The position numbers and the translations under genes were made by a program. DNA of 63,074 nt, the filler included, from Octopus bimaculoides (Eukaryota): assembly GCF_001194135.2 (NCBI RefSeq). It is 5 parts of 5 records of this genome, joined end to end, with 100 filler letters (N's around TTAATTAATTAA, not from the genome) between each part and the next. Parts side by side here need not be neighbours in the genome. Positions count along the whole stretch, not along the records: positions 1 to 7,128 come from NC_068993.1; positions 7,229 to 13,701 come from NC_068987.1; 3 more parts are not named here. The stretch is one strand, 5' to 3'. The notes under the pieces are model-generated. The model searched no databases and was not told the DNA's origin. It was given only the letters and a program-made list of their open reading frames with translations. Shown in pieces: positions 1 to 11,367 of this stretch; the first letter of the stretch is position 1, and each line of letters opens with the position of its first letter.

Positions 1-43
<43 letters not shown>

Positions 44-145
44 GATAGATAGATAGATAGATAGATAGGTAGATACTAATATCCACTTATATTTACAAGC
101 ATACAGGCATACATGTACGTATACAGATGTACATATATTTTACAC

Positions 146-181
<36 letters not shown>

Positions 182-205
182 CACATATATATATATATAT
201 ATATC
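1..205. repeat. Compound microsatellite (GA)n-(GATA)n-(TA)n
   Basis: Read directly from the sequence. Confidence 0.95.
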
Positions 206-207
206 TA

Positions 208-620
208 TCTGGTCGCTGAAGACTCCATCCATTCCATAGCATAGTCGGTTCGTCGCTTACTAAGCTGGCACCTCGACAGGGCCTACCTAGTGAGAAGGGT
301 TGCTAGAAACCCACCAGGACTAATAACAAGGGCAGTCAAAAGGACGTATGAACCTAGTGTAGGTTCAACGGCTGCCTAGCATTAGGACAGGCTCTGAGAG
401 ATTCCGGATTGGTGTCCCGTTTGCTGGAAGACCACTGGGAATGAGGCAGCCCTTAGTTTTGTTAAGGCAAGTCTCTAGGAGAAGATAACTCTGATGTAAA
501 AGCAGATATGAAGGGAATGACATTGTATATATTGAGGGTCTGTGGTTTGTACTTGAGATCAGCCTGACACTCATATTGGAACTGAATATCTCGCCGTAGC
601 TTGTCTCTGAAGCATGTCAT
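208..620 (+). mobile_element. Unclassified high-complexity repeat, possibly the 5' end of an RTE-type LINE
   Basis: Balanced-GC island between microsatellites. CATATTGGAACTGAATATC near 570 weakly resembles the IGTWNV start of an APE endonuclease. No intact ORF. Confidence 0.25.
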
Positions 621-859
621 TATGATGGAAAGGGTCTGTGGAGTATATACATCATGTTGTGTGAGTGAGAGAGAGTTTGTGTGTGTGTGTGTGCGTGAGA
701 GTGTATGTATGGTGTGTATATACAGCTATATACATACATATACACTCATACGATTTATATATATGCATGTGTGTGTGTGTGTGTGTGTGTGTGTGAGTAT
801 ATACGCAGATGCATACATATGCGTGTCTGTATCTCTGTAAATATGTGTATATATGCGTG

Positions 860-1094
860 TTATTTTTTTTACTGCCCACAAGGGGCTACACACAGAGGGG
901 ACAAACAAGGACAGACAAACGGCTTAAGTCTATTACATCGACCCCAGTGCGTAATTGGTACTTATTTAATCGACCCTGAAAGGATGAAAGGCAAAGTCGA
1001 CCTCGGCGGGATTTGAACTCAGAACGTAGCGGCAGACGAAATACCGCTAAGCATTTTGCCCGGCGTGCTGACGTTTCTGCCAGCTCGCCGCCTT
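860..1094 (-). mobile_element. tRNA-derived SINE, family A, tail type 1 (young)
   Basis: Minus strand reads AAGGCGGCGAGCTGGCAGAAACG (A-box-like), GAGTTCAAATCCC (B-box-like), central box GGTCGACTTTGCCTTTCATCCTTTC and tail ...CCCCTTGTGGGCAGTAAA. Near-identical to copies at 16465, 25427, 30582 and 32827. Confidence 0.9.
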
Positions 1095-1401
1095 TATATA
1101 TGTGTATACATGTATGTATGTGGATAATGTTATAACACAGGTGTGACTGTTATAAAAGCGAAATAAATATCCAACATGGTGGAGTAAGTAGCAATAATAT
1201 TTACACAAAGATGCGCCAGTGTAATTCGATACTCAGAGTTACTTAATGGTGATCGTCAGCTTGAAACTCCGAGAAGCGGTACTCAATGACTGAGCATTGA
1301 CTAATCGATTGATTACATAAGGAGGAAATTGGAAAATATATATGCGTGTATGAGTGAGTGTTGTAAGGAGTGTGTGTGTGTGTATGTGAGTGTGTGTATG
1401 C

Positions 1402-1437
<36 letters not shown>

Positions 1438-1521
1438 TTAATATATGGCTGAATAAATGAACATTTGATCTGGTGAAATACTTTTATAGCAAAAAGCAAA
1501 AAGCCATTAATAGCTATTATG

Positions 1522-1552
<31 letters not shown>

Positions 1553-2240
1553 NNNNNNNNNNNNNNNNNNNNNNNNNNNNNNNNNNNNNNNNNNNNNNNN
1601 NNNNNNNNNNNNNNNNNNNNNNNNNNNNNNNNNNNNNNNNNNNNNNNNNNNNNNNNNNNNNNNNNNNNNNNNNNNNNNNNNNNNNNNNNNNNNNNNNNNN
1701 NNNNNNNNNNNNNNNNNNNNNNNNNNNNNNNNNNNNNNNNNNNNNNNNNNNNNNNNNNNNNNNNNNNNNNNNNNNNNNNNNNNNNNNNNNNNNNNNNNNN
1801 NNNNNNNNNNNNNNNNNNNNNNNNNNNNNNNNNNNNNNNNNNNNNNNNNNNNNNNNNNNNNNNNNNNNNNNNNNNNNNNNNNNNNNNNNNNNNNNNNNNN
1901 NNNNNNNNNNNNNNNNNNNNNNNNNNNNNNNNNNNNNNNNNNNNNNNNNNNNNNNNNNNNNNNNNNNNNNNNNNNNNNNNNNNNNNNNNNNNNNNNNNNN
2001 NNNNNNNNNNNNNNNNNNNNNNNNNNNNNNTAGGTAAGCGGAAAAATGTTTGATTGATAATTTTTTTAAATTAAACTTGCGGCATCTCTTCCATTATGGC
2101 GTAATAGTTTATCACTTATGAAGTGTTTCAGTTACAGAGATAATAAGAGATTCTGTCAATTCTTGATGTAGTAGTGTTCTATCTATAGAATTGGACAGAA
2201 GTTTTATTCCAGTGGGTGATCAATAAAGTTCTGCATGGGG

Positions 2241-2462
2241 AAAACGGAAATCTGGTAAAGTCGTAAACGCATTGGACAAAATACTTGGCAGCATTTCTTC
2301 CGGTTCTTCACGCTCTGGGTTCAAATTCGGCGAAGGTCGACTTTGCCTTTCATTCTTTCGGTGTCGATAAAATAAGCCTTAGATGAGCGATAGGATCAGT
2401 ATAATCGACTGACGCCTTGCTCCTAAATTTTATGCCCTGCGCATATTGTGTAAAGCATTATT
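2241..2462 (+). mobile_element. SINE family A, tail type 2 (old)
   Basis: GGGTTCAAATTC B-box, GGTCGACTTTGCCTTTCATTCTTTCGG core and an (ATT)n end. Confidence 0.75.
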
Positions 2463-2687
2463 AACCCTTTAGCATTCAAATTATTCTGTGAAACAACGCT
2501 TATTTATTCAATTTTGGTTTGAATTAATCATGCATTATCTTACTGCTTCTATGCTCTAATGACGCCATAGTATATTTCTAGAATGATGTTTTTTGGCAGA
2601 TGTGAAAGGCCAAATCTTATCAGTTTGAGCATAAAACATGTAAAATATTCGGGCCTGATATGGCCGGTTTAAACGCTAAAGGGTTGA
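2461..2687. mobile_element. piggyBac-like MITE
   Basis: Ends TTAA-CCCTTTAGCATT ... AACGCTAAAGGG-TTGA form inverted termini with TTAA-type flanks. A second copy lies at 23671-24135. Confidence 0.65.
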
Positions 2688-2719
2688 GCAGGCTGGGGAA
2701 TTTTCATTGTGCGATATTC

Positions 2720-4075
2720 TAGGTAATTTTAATATCTAAGGAACTGTTTGATGTAACCATGCGGCGGGAGGCGAGGTTGGAGCGTAATTTCAGTGAAGCT
2801 GGTGAAGTGATTGTATTGGCCCTTTAAAAATTTACATCGGAAGAGGTTCCGCTTAGCAGAGTTTCGGTCTCTACCACAATGAGAAACTTATACATTTTGC
2901 GAAATATTAATGACCACACGAAGTATGTTTGTATGAAGAATTCCACCAGCATATTCGAAGAGTTAGATTTAAAGATTATCATAGATATGAATCTAAGCAT
3001 AGCTTCTTTCTTAGATATAACTCTAAATTTAGATACTGGTAAATACTGACCTTATAATAAATATAATACGATATTACAATATAATAATATAAATCTCAGC
3101 GATCGCAATAGTCTTTAAATACTATGTTAATAATATTAGAAAGCGCATATCCAGCTTATCTTCTGATGCGGAATCTTTTAGTCATGATGCTTATTGTTAT
3201 ATTAAAAAACCAGTTGCCTTAAAGATGGAATACTTTCCATTCATTAATTTTAATGTAATTTTTATTTTAATTCAATACCCAACATTAATATTTAAAAATG
3301 CAAAAACAAAATGCGAACGAGATATTACATGGTATAATCCACTATAAAGTTTAAATGCTCACGCCAGTCACCAGGATTTTTTAAAAACTTATAAACAAAT
3401 ATATGCTAGTAGATCATACCATATGATCTTTAAAAGATATAACGTTAAGATGAACTAAATTTGCATCAATAATTTCGTTACTCCATAGCCAGCCTAAGGT
3501 GAAGAAAAATTTCCATGGTGAACAAGCTAAACTCTCCCCTTTTATGTAATTCCAAACAACGCAAATATTTTCTCTGTATACGTCTTTCTAAAGATTTACT
3601 TTATCGAGTTTAATGTCTCCCGCATAAATAGCAGTGGATCAAAACAATATAAGGTACTGAAATATCTCTTTGAAAATATTAACTCAATGTGAATATACTG
3701 CGGCACTTGGAACTACATCTCACCGTATCACCGTCCAAGTATACTTGGAATTCAAAGAAAGATTGTATGAACGATTATAAAATCGATTTGTCTGATATAG
3801 AACACGTGTCATTTAGAATATAAATGGCTCTATTCTGGATATAACCTTTTTAACATCTTATTACAGCCTTTTACTATTTATTATTTTGAACAAAGAATCT
3901 GTAAAATTTGCGAATTCGTATAAGGACTTACTTATTGTGGAATTTCCACTTACCAAATAGTCTAGAATAAATTATTTTGCAGTTGGTGAATTCGCCGTAA
4001 CTTGAAAGATTAACGAATACGTAAATAGAAATTCTTTTATCCATCAACATAAATATTTCATTAACATTCGCCACC
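2720..4075 (+). mobile_element. Decayed Penelope-like element: RT C-terminal half plus GIY-YIG region (Naiad-like by motif style)
   Basis: Manual translation across frameshifts and stops gives LFDVTM (about 2744), FGLYHN at the YxDD position (about 2863-2880), FLDITLNLDTGKY*PYN (about 3007-3058), KRISSLSS, RDITWYNP (about 3320), LCNSKQ...KDLLYRV (about 3543) and RICKICE (about 3897). The order matches PLE RT-thumb-linker-GIY-YIG. Confidence 0.75.
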
Positions 4076-4126
4076 ATTTTACTTGTTTGCGTGTGTTTTA
4101 CACATGTGGTATTAAAGACATGGAAA

Positions 4127-4340
4127 TCCTTTCTAATATAGGCACATGGCCTGAAATTTTGGGAGACGGGGGCATATCGACTACATCGACCTCAGTGCTC
4201 GACTAGTACTTATTTCATCGATCCTGAAAATTGAAGGGCAAAGTCGACCTCGGCTGTATTTCAACTCAGAACGTCAACACGGGCGAAATGCCGTTAGACA
4301 TTTTGCTGGTACGTGACTATTCTGCCAGCTCACTGCCATC
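4127..4340 (-). mobile_element. SINE family A, tail type 2
   Basis: Reverse complement of the family A head and core with tail TTTCAGGCCATGTGCCTATATTAGAAAGGAT. Confidence 0.8.
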
Positions 4341-4600
4341 GAAGGAAAGCAAGGTAATGCATGTTTTTGCATGTAACTAGACGATTGGGTTACATATTTT
4401 ACGAATGACAATTGATTAGATGAAGGACTTTTGCTAACCAATCTTTGTGGATGAATTCACAAATACTTTCGATTATATATCGCCACGCATCTTTCTGCTT
4501 TCTATCCGTTTTCAGTGGCCGGATACGAGAAACTGATGTTTTTACAATTCAGGAAGCCTCAATCTGTTACACATATACCTACCTACATACTTACATACGT

Positions 4601-4631
<31 letters not shown>

Positions 4632-4704
4632 CAGATAGACAGATATAGATATATATATGCATGCACATATATACATATACATATATTTGTATGTATGTAT
4701 GTAT

Positions 4705-4744
<40 letters not shown>

Positions 4745-5620
4745 NNNNNNNNNNNNNNNNNNNNNNNNNNNNNNNNNNNNNNNNNNNNNNNNNNNNNNNN
4801 NNNNNNNNNNNNNNNNNNNNNNNNNNNNNNNNNNNNNNNNNNNNNNNNNNNNNNNNNNNNNNNNNNNNNNNNNNNNNNNNNNNNNNNNNNNNNNNNNNNN
4901 NNNNNNNNNNNNNNNNNNNNNNNNNNNNNNNNNNNNNNNNNNNNNNNNNNNNNNNNNNNNNNNNNNNNNNNNNNNNNNNNNNNNNNNNNNNNNNNNNNNN
5001 NNNNNNNNNNNNNNNNNNNNNNNNNNNNNNNNNNNNNNNNNNNNNNNNNNNNNNNNNNNNNNNNNNNNNNNNNNNNNNNNNNNNNNNNNNNNNNNNNNNN
5101 NNNNNNNNNNNNNNNNNNNNNNNNNNNNNNNNNNNNNNNNNNNNNNNNNNNNNNNNNNNNNNNNNNNNNNNNNNNNNNNNNNNNNNNNNNNNNNNNNNNN
5201 NNNNNNNNNNNNNNNNNNNNNNNNNNNNNNNNNNNNNNNNNNNNNNNNNNNNNNNNNNNNNNNNNNNNNNNNNNNNNNNNNNNNNNNNNNNNNNNNNNNN
5301 NNNNNNNNNNNNNNNNNNNNNNNNNNNNNNNNNNNNNNNNNNNNNNNNNNNNNNNNNNNNNNNNNNNNNNNNNNNNNNNNNNNNNNNNNNNNNNNNNNNN
5401 NNNNNNNNNNNNNNNNNNNNNNNNNNNNNNNNNNNNNNNNNNNNNNNNNNNNNNNNNNNNNNNNNNNNNNNNNNNNNNNNNNNNNNNNNNNNNNNNNNNN
5501 NNNNNNNNNNNNNNNNNNNNNNNNNNNNNNNNNNNNNNNNNNNNNNNNNNNNNNNNNNNNNNNNNNNNNNNNNNNNNNNNNNNNNNNNNNNNNNNNNNNN
5601 NNCATTATTTAAGCACAGAA

Positions 5621-5822
5621 AGGATGTGAGCTGGCAGAGTCGTTAGCACACCAGATAAAATGTTTGGTGATGTTTCTTAGGCCTTACATTCGAGTTCAAA
5701 TTCCGCCGAAGCCGACTTTGCCTTTCAGCCTTTGAAGGTCGATTAAATAAGTACCAGTTGCGCACTGGGGTAGATGTAATCCATCAACCCCTCCTCCAAA
5801 CTTTTCTCTATAGTAGAAGGCA
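5621..5822 (+). mobile_element. SINE family A, tail type 2
   Basis: GAGCTGGCAGAGTCGTTAGCAC head, GAGTTCAAATTCCGCCGA B-box and core box. Confidence 0.8.
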
Positions 5823-6434
5823 TATTTGTTTTTGCTGTTTACCTTCAGGGTTTCAAATTCTTCCGAGGTCAACAATGACTTTTATCCTACGGCCCTTGGT
5901 ATAACAAAGCGCCAGTCAGGAACTGAATCAATATAATCGACTGATCACTCTCCACTCAAAATGGCTGACTTTTAACCTAAATCAGAAACAAATATCGACA
6001 CCTTATGAAAGAGGCGATTAGGCTGCTATTTCTCTCAGGTTGAACTTGCGCTGTAGTTATTGTTTGTTTGTTCGTTTGTTTTTTTTTTCTTTTGTAATGT
6101 GCTGGTGTATCTCAGGCGACCAGGGTTGCGGTGTAGTATGGTAAGATAACATGGAAACGCCGTTAGTAGGAGATGTTAAGAAGGTAGAGCAGAAGGATGA
6201 AAGATTAACTGATTAAATTAAAACAAGTTAAGAGAAGTTAAAAGAGTTAAAAGTGATTAACAACATGAGAAAAGGTGGAAAGATTTTGTAGAATTTTTTT
6301 TTTTAAGCAATCTCAAAAATCGCTTCAAGAAAAACATTGCTCAAAGAAAAATATAAAGGAAAGATTTTTTAAAAAGCTTAGTATACTTCACATACTTCAA
6401 GAACCCTCGAATAAAATGATTCTAGAAAATTCAA

Positions 6435-6665
6435 GAAAAATCAATAATTACAGGAGCCTAACCGGCCGCTATCAATATCTGCCGGTTGCTGTAGAGACGT
6501 CAGGTGTTCTAGGACCATTTAGTACCGATTTCTTTCGCAAAATAGGGATAGAGACGTCTGAGAAATGAACCCTGCGAGTTGGAGTGCTTACTACAGCGAG
6601 TGTTGCTGGCCACTTATTCTGAGACATGTGGTCAATCGCTCCTCTCCATTCCATCTTCCGCTGCT
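6435..6665 (+). mobile_element. 3' fragment of a CRE-like non-LTR retrotransposon (restriction-like endonuclease C-terminus)
   Basis: ORF 6275-6568 contains KINNYRSLTGRYQYLPVAVETSGVLGPFSTDFFRKIG. A shifted frame continues PCELECLLQRVLLA, resembling the K.KY...F.P.AVET.G..G...WL.QRLS pattern of CRE-clade ends. Confidence 0.6.
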
Positions 6666-7095
6666 TTGCCACCCCCACTTTTTTTTTATATCTTATCCTC
6701 TTTTTATTCGGAAAATCTCAGACAATTCAGAAGATTCAGGGATCATGAAATCGATTCTGAATGAAAAGATCTATAATAAAAGTCTTTCACATCGATGTTT
6801 CTTTTCAAGTATGGTGTACTCTACACTCTATCAATGCGTACTCTAAATTTTCTCTAATGCGTCCTTCCTTCTTTTTCAGAGATGGTCGGACATAATTTGA
6901 CGGATATTTAGATGACGTTTCTAGCTCGTCTGATATGATTTGAGTGAGATTTAGTTACTGTTTCTAACAGGTCTGCATAACCACATTGAGTCCACACTCA
7001 TTAGCTCATTTGTGTTTGTGTGAGTATGTGTGCAAGTATATATATATCACGTCCTCACTTTGTTGTTTTTTTTGTTTTTTTGTTATTGTTTTTTT

Positions 7096-7128
<33 letters not shown>

Positions 7129-7346
7129 NNNNNNNNNNNNNNNNNNNNNNNNNNNNNNNNNNNNNNNNNNNNTTAATTAATTAANNNNNNNNNNNNNNNN
7201 NNNNNNNNNNNNNNNNNNNNNNNNNNNNGGTATTATATTCCTGATCTATTCCTTGACTAATTAACTATATATATAAATAGACCGACCGATAATAGATGTA
7301 TATACATATATCATATAGTATATTCGCATTTATATGTATACATACA

Positions 7347-7382
<36 letters not shown>

Positions 7383-7502
7383 TATATATGAGAGGTATTG
7401 GTATCTAGAAGACCCAAAGAGTTGCAGGTATAACGCTAAGTATGTGCTATGGCGAGGCCGTAGTGTTAAACTCTTGGTTGATAGTGATACGAGTGAGGAG
7501 TG

Positions 7503-7537
7503 TATGTGAGGGGGACAGTGTCTGTCCCCCTCACATA
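7503..7537. repeat. Perfect 16-bp inverted repeat (hairpin, 3-nt loop)
   Basis: TATGTGAGGGGGACAG-TGT-CTGTCCCCCTCACATA. Confidence 0.9.
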
Positions 7538-7824
7538 TGGTAACAGTGACTGTTGACTATTTTGGTATGCATGTACAGCCATCTGTGTATGTGCATCTGA
7601 GCACGCATATATGTACTCATGTGTTTATTATTTTTGTATCCATGTATATCTGTATATGGTAATGTATACATGCATATGCATGTATATAGGAGTTTTTATG
7701 TCTATTTATATGGTTTTTTATATACGTTTTGTAGGTTTTTGAATGTGTCTTATATTTTTATTGTTATTTAAAAAAATTTTATATTTGTATTAAAATTTGG
7801 CAAAATTCATGTATTGAATTTTGT

Positions 7825-7960
7825 AAATCTCTGAAGAGGCCTAGCGAATCATGCATGTACCTCCATTACATCATTTTCATCTACTAATTACTCCAGCGTG
7901 CGGGAGCTATAGAGAAAGAATGGGGCATGCCAACCCTAGGCCGAAACAGCTGTAATATTT
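7825..7960 (+). ncRNA. Type I hammerhead ribozyme motif (PLE-type, palindromic stem III)
   Basis: CUGAAGA at 7831-7837; stem II GGCCUAG (7838-44) pairs with CUAGGCC (7936-42); GAAA at 7943-46; palindromic A-CAGCUG-U stem III; cleavage triplet GUA at 7952-54; stem I AAAUCU/AUAUUU with one mismatch. Confidence 0.7.
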
Positions 7961-8291
7961 TGTCCCTTCTCCAATTGCTAAATATCCTTTAAATTTGAAA
8001 TCTTAATTGTTGATACGACATGGTATGTCATAAGTGTCTGTATATTGTCCTCTTTGTCATTTTGGTTATAAAATAAACAGATTAATCAACGGAATACAGT
8101 GTCTACAAGTTGATGTGTACCTCATATTCCCCTCCATTTTCTTATTGCTATATAAATTTAGGATAAAAAATCCCCTTTTACCCGCACCCACTTATTGCAC
8201 TTGGTATAATACTAGTATAACAATAATTGGGTATTCTTCCAGCAGTATATTGGATAGATATTATCCCTTAGTGGGTTGGATCCTCAACCCC

Positions 8292-8345
8292 TAACTCTCT
8301 TGGATTATATATATATATATATATATATATAATCCAAGAGAGTTA
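8292..8345. repeat. 54-bp perfect palindrome centred on (AT)12
   Basis: TAACTCTCTTGGATT-(AT)12-AATCCAAGAGAGTTA. Confidence 0.9.
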
Positions 8346-8469
8346 TATATATATACATATGTATATATGTATTTATATGTATATATACACACACACACAC
8401 ACATATACATATATATATACATACACACATACATATACATATACGTATCTTCAAATGTCATTAAATTGT

Positions 8470-8895
8470 TATTAAGAATGTGTAAAAGTGGTTAATGTAA
8501 CGCAAGGGGGCAAGCAATTATTCGAGATGTAATGGTTATATTAAATATTATTAGTAGTTAAGTTTTTAAAATATTTGGGAAGGAGAGGCATATATTAGTG
8601 GAATTAAATTATTAAAGGTTTTACAGAAGTTCGTTAGTGAGAGCCATATCTAAACGTCAAATAGTTATTAATGTTGCCAAGTGTGTATGTTCAAAGGTTA
8701 TTGAATGGTTACTAAGAATATGTAAAAGTGGTTATTTATGTGAGGCAATGGGTGCAATAAGAATTCTAGATGTAATGGTTATAGTCATGATTATTAGTAG
8801 CAGTATAGTTAAGGAAAAGTTTGTGAGGAAGAGAATTATATTAGCAGAGTTACATCTTCAAAAGGTTTATACAAATTCTTCAGTGAGAAGCACAT
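8470..8895. repeat. Diverged tandem duplication, period about 240 bp
   Basis: AAGAATGTGTAAAAGTGGTT...GATGTAATGGTTATA...ATTATTAGTAG...GTGAGAGC (8474-8644) is repeated as AAGAATATGTAAAAGTGGTT...GATGTAATGGTTATA...ATTATTAGTAG...GTGAGAAGC (8714-8891). Confidence 0.75.
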
Positions 8896-9329
8896 CTTCA
8901 TATTCAACAGCTATTAATGTTTATATTATATTATGTTGCATTATATTATATTATGTTATATTATGTAATATAGTTATACTATTCCATAATTTAATTGTAT
9001 ATTTATTAATTACTTAAATTTAGAGAACACATATTTTCCCACGTGAACACAAGATAATGTTTCTCTTTTCGTAAGTTAAGTAGGGAATTCCTAGAAGTAA
9101 GTATTTCTAAGCCTTCTGTGATGCATAAATTTCATTTCTTGTTATTAATTTTCTAAGTCATTGCCTAAGCAATAATATCCCACTTAATTTCAAATTCAAT
9201 GTTATTATCCTATTATCCTTCAATTCCCATATAAATTTACTTAATGCGGTGGAGTTGTTTTTTTTTACTTATTTTTAAAAGATTGAAGATTATTAACTTC
9301 CCAATTTCCATTTTCTTCTTCTTTTAAAT

Positions 9330-9330
9330 A

Positions 9331-9383
<53 letters not shown>

Positions 9384-9533
9384 TATGTATGTATACGTAT
9401 ATGTACATATATTTATCTATATACATGTATACACGTATATTTACATACACACATGTACATTAATACTTATATTATTGTGCTTATGTTAGAAACAATTAGA
9501 GATGTATGTATGTATGTATGTATGTATGTATGT

Positions 9534-9606
<73 letters not shown>

Positions 9607-9620
9607 TAGGCAGACAGATA
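9330..9620. repeat. Microsatellite cluster (TG)n, (TATG)n, (GATA)n, (GACA)n
   Basis: Read directly from the sequence. Confidence 0.95.
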
Positions 9621-10727
9621 GATATACATATACATATATACGTTCATCACAACAGTGATAAATGAATCGCATCTACGCACTTTATAGATGGAAACAAATG
9701 TTAGGTCCATTGACTCCAAACTTGTGACCTGTTGCAACGACGCTTCCATCGTCATGTATTTTCTTGTTCATTTCTACCTTTTCTTGTAGATTATACACTT
9801 GCCTGTGTCGTGTGCTAGGACCAGGCACTGTGTATTTTTTTTCTATTCATTGATCCCATGTTTATGTGTATGTGTACGTAAATTTCTATAAAAAAAACAA
9901 AAAAACACGCAAACTTGCAGCACGATCATAGAAACACACAGGATTGTCAGTGAATTCTGGGTAGCTAAGTATTGTGGGTGGTCAGTGGGGTGTATTTTTG
10001 TAATACAAACAGAAACATGGACTGATCGCCGAGCCGCGTTATCATAGAATAATCCGTACAAAGAGAAACACGGTTCATAATTAATCGCGCCCTGTTATCT
10101 CAGATCAGCCATGACTGAATCAGTGATAAATGAGGTTATATATATTAGAATATACTTACTGTTTCTGCCGTTTATACAATTATAGTGCGAGTAGTATTTT
10201 TTTATTACAGTTCGTTTATGCTTATAAACTTCCTAAAGTTCGTGGAGAGAAAAAGGATCTGACGTTTCGTGACTGGCCCTTTATATCAAAGGGAAAAAAA
10301 AACTTTATCAACTTTTAAGAAAGTTTCTCTTTCCCAGACGATGTGTCTGTCACGAAACATTAGATTCCTGTTCTTCCCACAGTGTTGGAACTTTTTTTTC
10401 AAACTTCATCAAAGAACTTTCCTATGTAACTTTTACGGGTATAAACCGCCATCACGACATTTTACGTGTTACACGTAAAAATTATTACCCCCACCGTAAC
10501 TCTTTTATACATTCCTTATAAGTATTGCTTCTCTTGTAAAATTATAGAAAGACATACCGCTAGTGTATGTAATTCATACATATAAAACGCCATAACATGA
10601 ACCGCGTTTGTAAGAAAAAGAAATTCAGGAGGGGCGTTTCGATGTGAAACGTTCTCTCACACTTATAGAAATATTAATATTTCTAAGTCTCTCTAAAGGA
10701 GACTACGGCAGCGGTACTGAATATTAA

Positions 10728-11066
10728 TAGTTATCGCCAAGCCAACATGGCAGTCCAAAAAAATAGGACGAATGAAAACCAGTGGATGTATTCCACTGAA
10801 TTTAGGTAAATAATCCTTCGTACAGACGGTCAGTAGCGACGCCTGCTGGGTTCGGTTGCTCTACATTAATAAGAGGCAATACCTCGAAACTAGTGTGTAG
10901 ATGCCAGACCAGCAAGGAGAAGCGGCTGACCTCACCTGTTCGAAGGTTATAATGGACACAGGTTCGTGTGTCACATAGCTAGCTAGAGGCGATGGCCTCT
11001 TGGAGCTAATCAACGGCTGCATTCGTCCATTTTGGGAGGACTGCCATGTTGGCTTGGTGATAACTA
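10728..11066. mobile_element. Unclassified MITE with about 46-bp terminal inverted repeats
   Basis: Left end TAGTTATCGCCAAGCCAACATGGCAGTCC...GGACGAATG; right end CATTCGTCC...GGACTGCCATGTTGGCTTGGTGATAACTA; non-coding interior. Confidence 0.8.
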
Positions 11067-11211
11067 TTGATATGTTCTCTCACACTGTTTTCGATCTACT
11101 TGTCTTTAACATGTTTTAGTTATTTCACATTGGACATACTGGAGCACTACACTGAAGGGTTTAGTCGAACAAATATGTGTGTATGTATGTATGTATGTAT
11201 GTATGTATACT

Positions 11212-11367
11212 CAATGGGCTTCCACACCCTTTGTGCCAATCAAATTCACTCACAAGGCATTGGTCGGCTATAGTAGAAGACACTGGCTCAAGGTGCCGCG
11301 CAGATGGACTGAACTCAAAACCACGTGATTGCAAGGTCATCTTCTTAATCATACAACTATGAGTGCA
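11212..11367 (-). mobile_element. SINE family B head (tRNA-like plus CORE-like box)
   Basis: Reverse complement of ...GAGTTCAGTCCATCTGCGCGGCACCTTGAGCCAGTGTCTTCTACTATAGCC..., homologous to the copy at 42046. Confidence 0.75.

Noticed and set aside
208-345. Possible HDV-like ribozyme at an RTE 5' end, and CTGAAGA at 216 as a hammerhead core
   Set aside because: I could not build P1/P2/P3/P1.1 convincingly, and no GAAA partner follows a stem II.
3047-3049. In-frame TGA in the PLE RT as a possible selenocysteine
   Set aside because: It is not at a cysteine position, the element has many other stops and frameshifts, and no SECIS is evident. CpG decay or ordinary mutation is more likely.
7173-7184. 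TTAATTAATTAA islands inside N runs (also 13746-13757, 37152-37163, 61406-61417)
   Set aside because: The same 12-mer, with stops in all six frames, is embedded in gaps each time. It is an artificial scaffolding linker.
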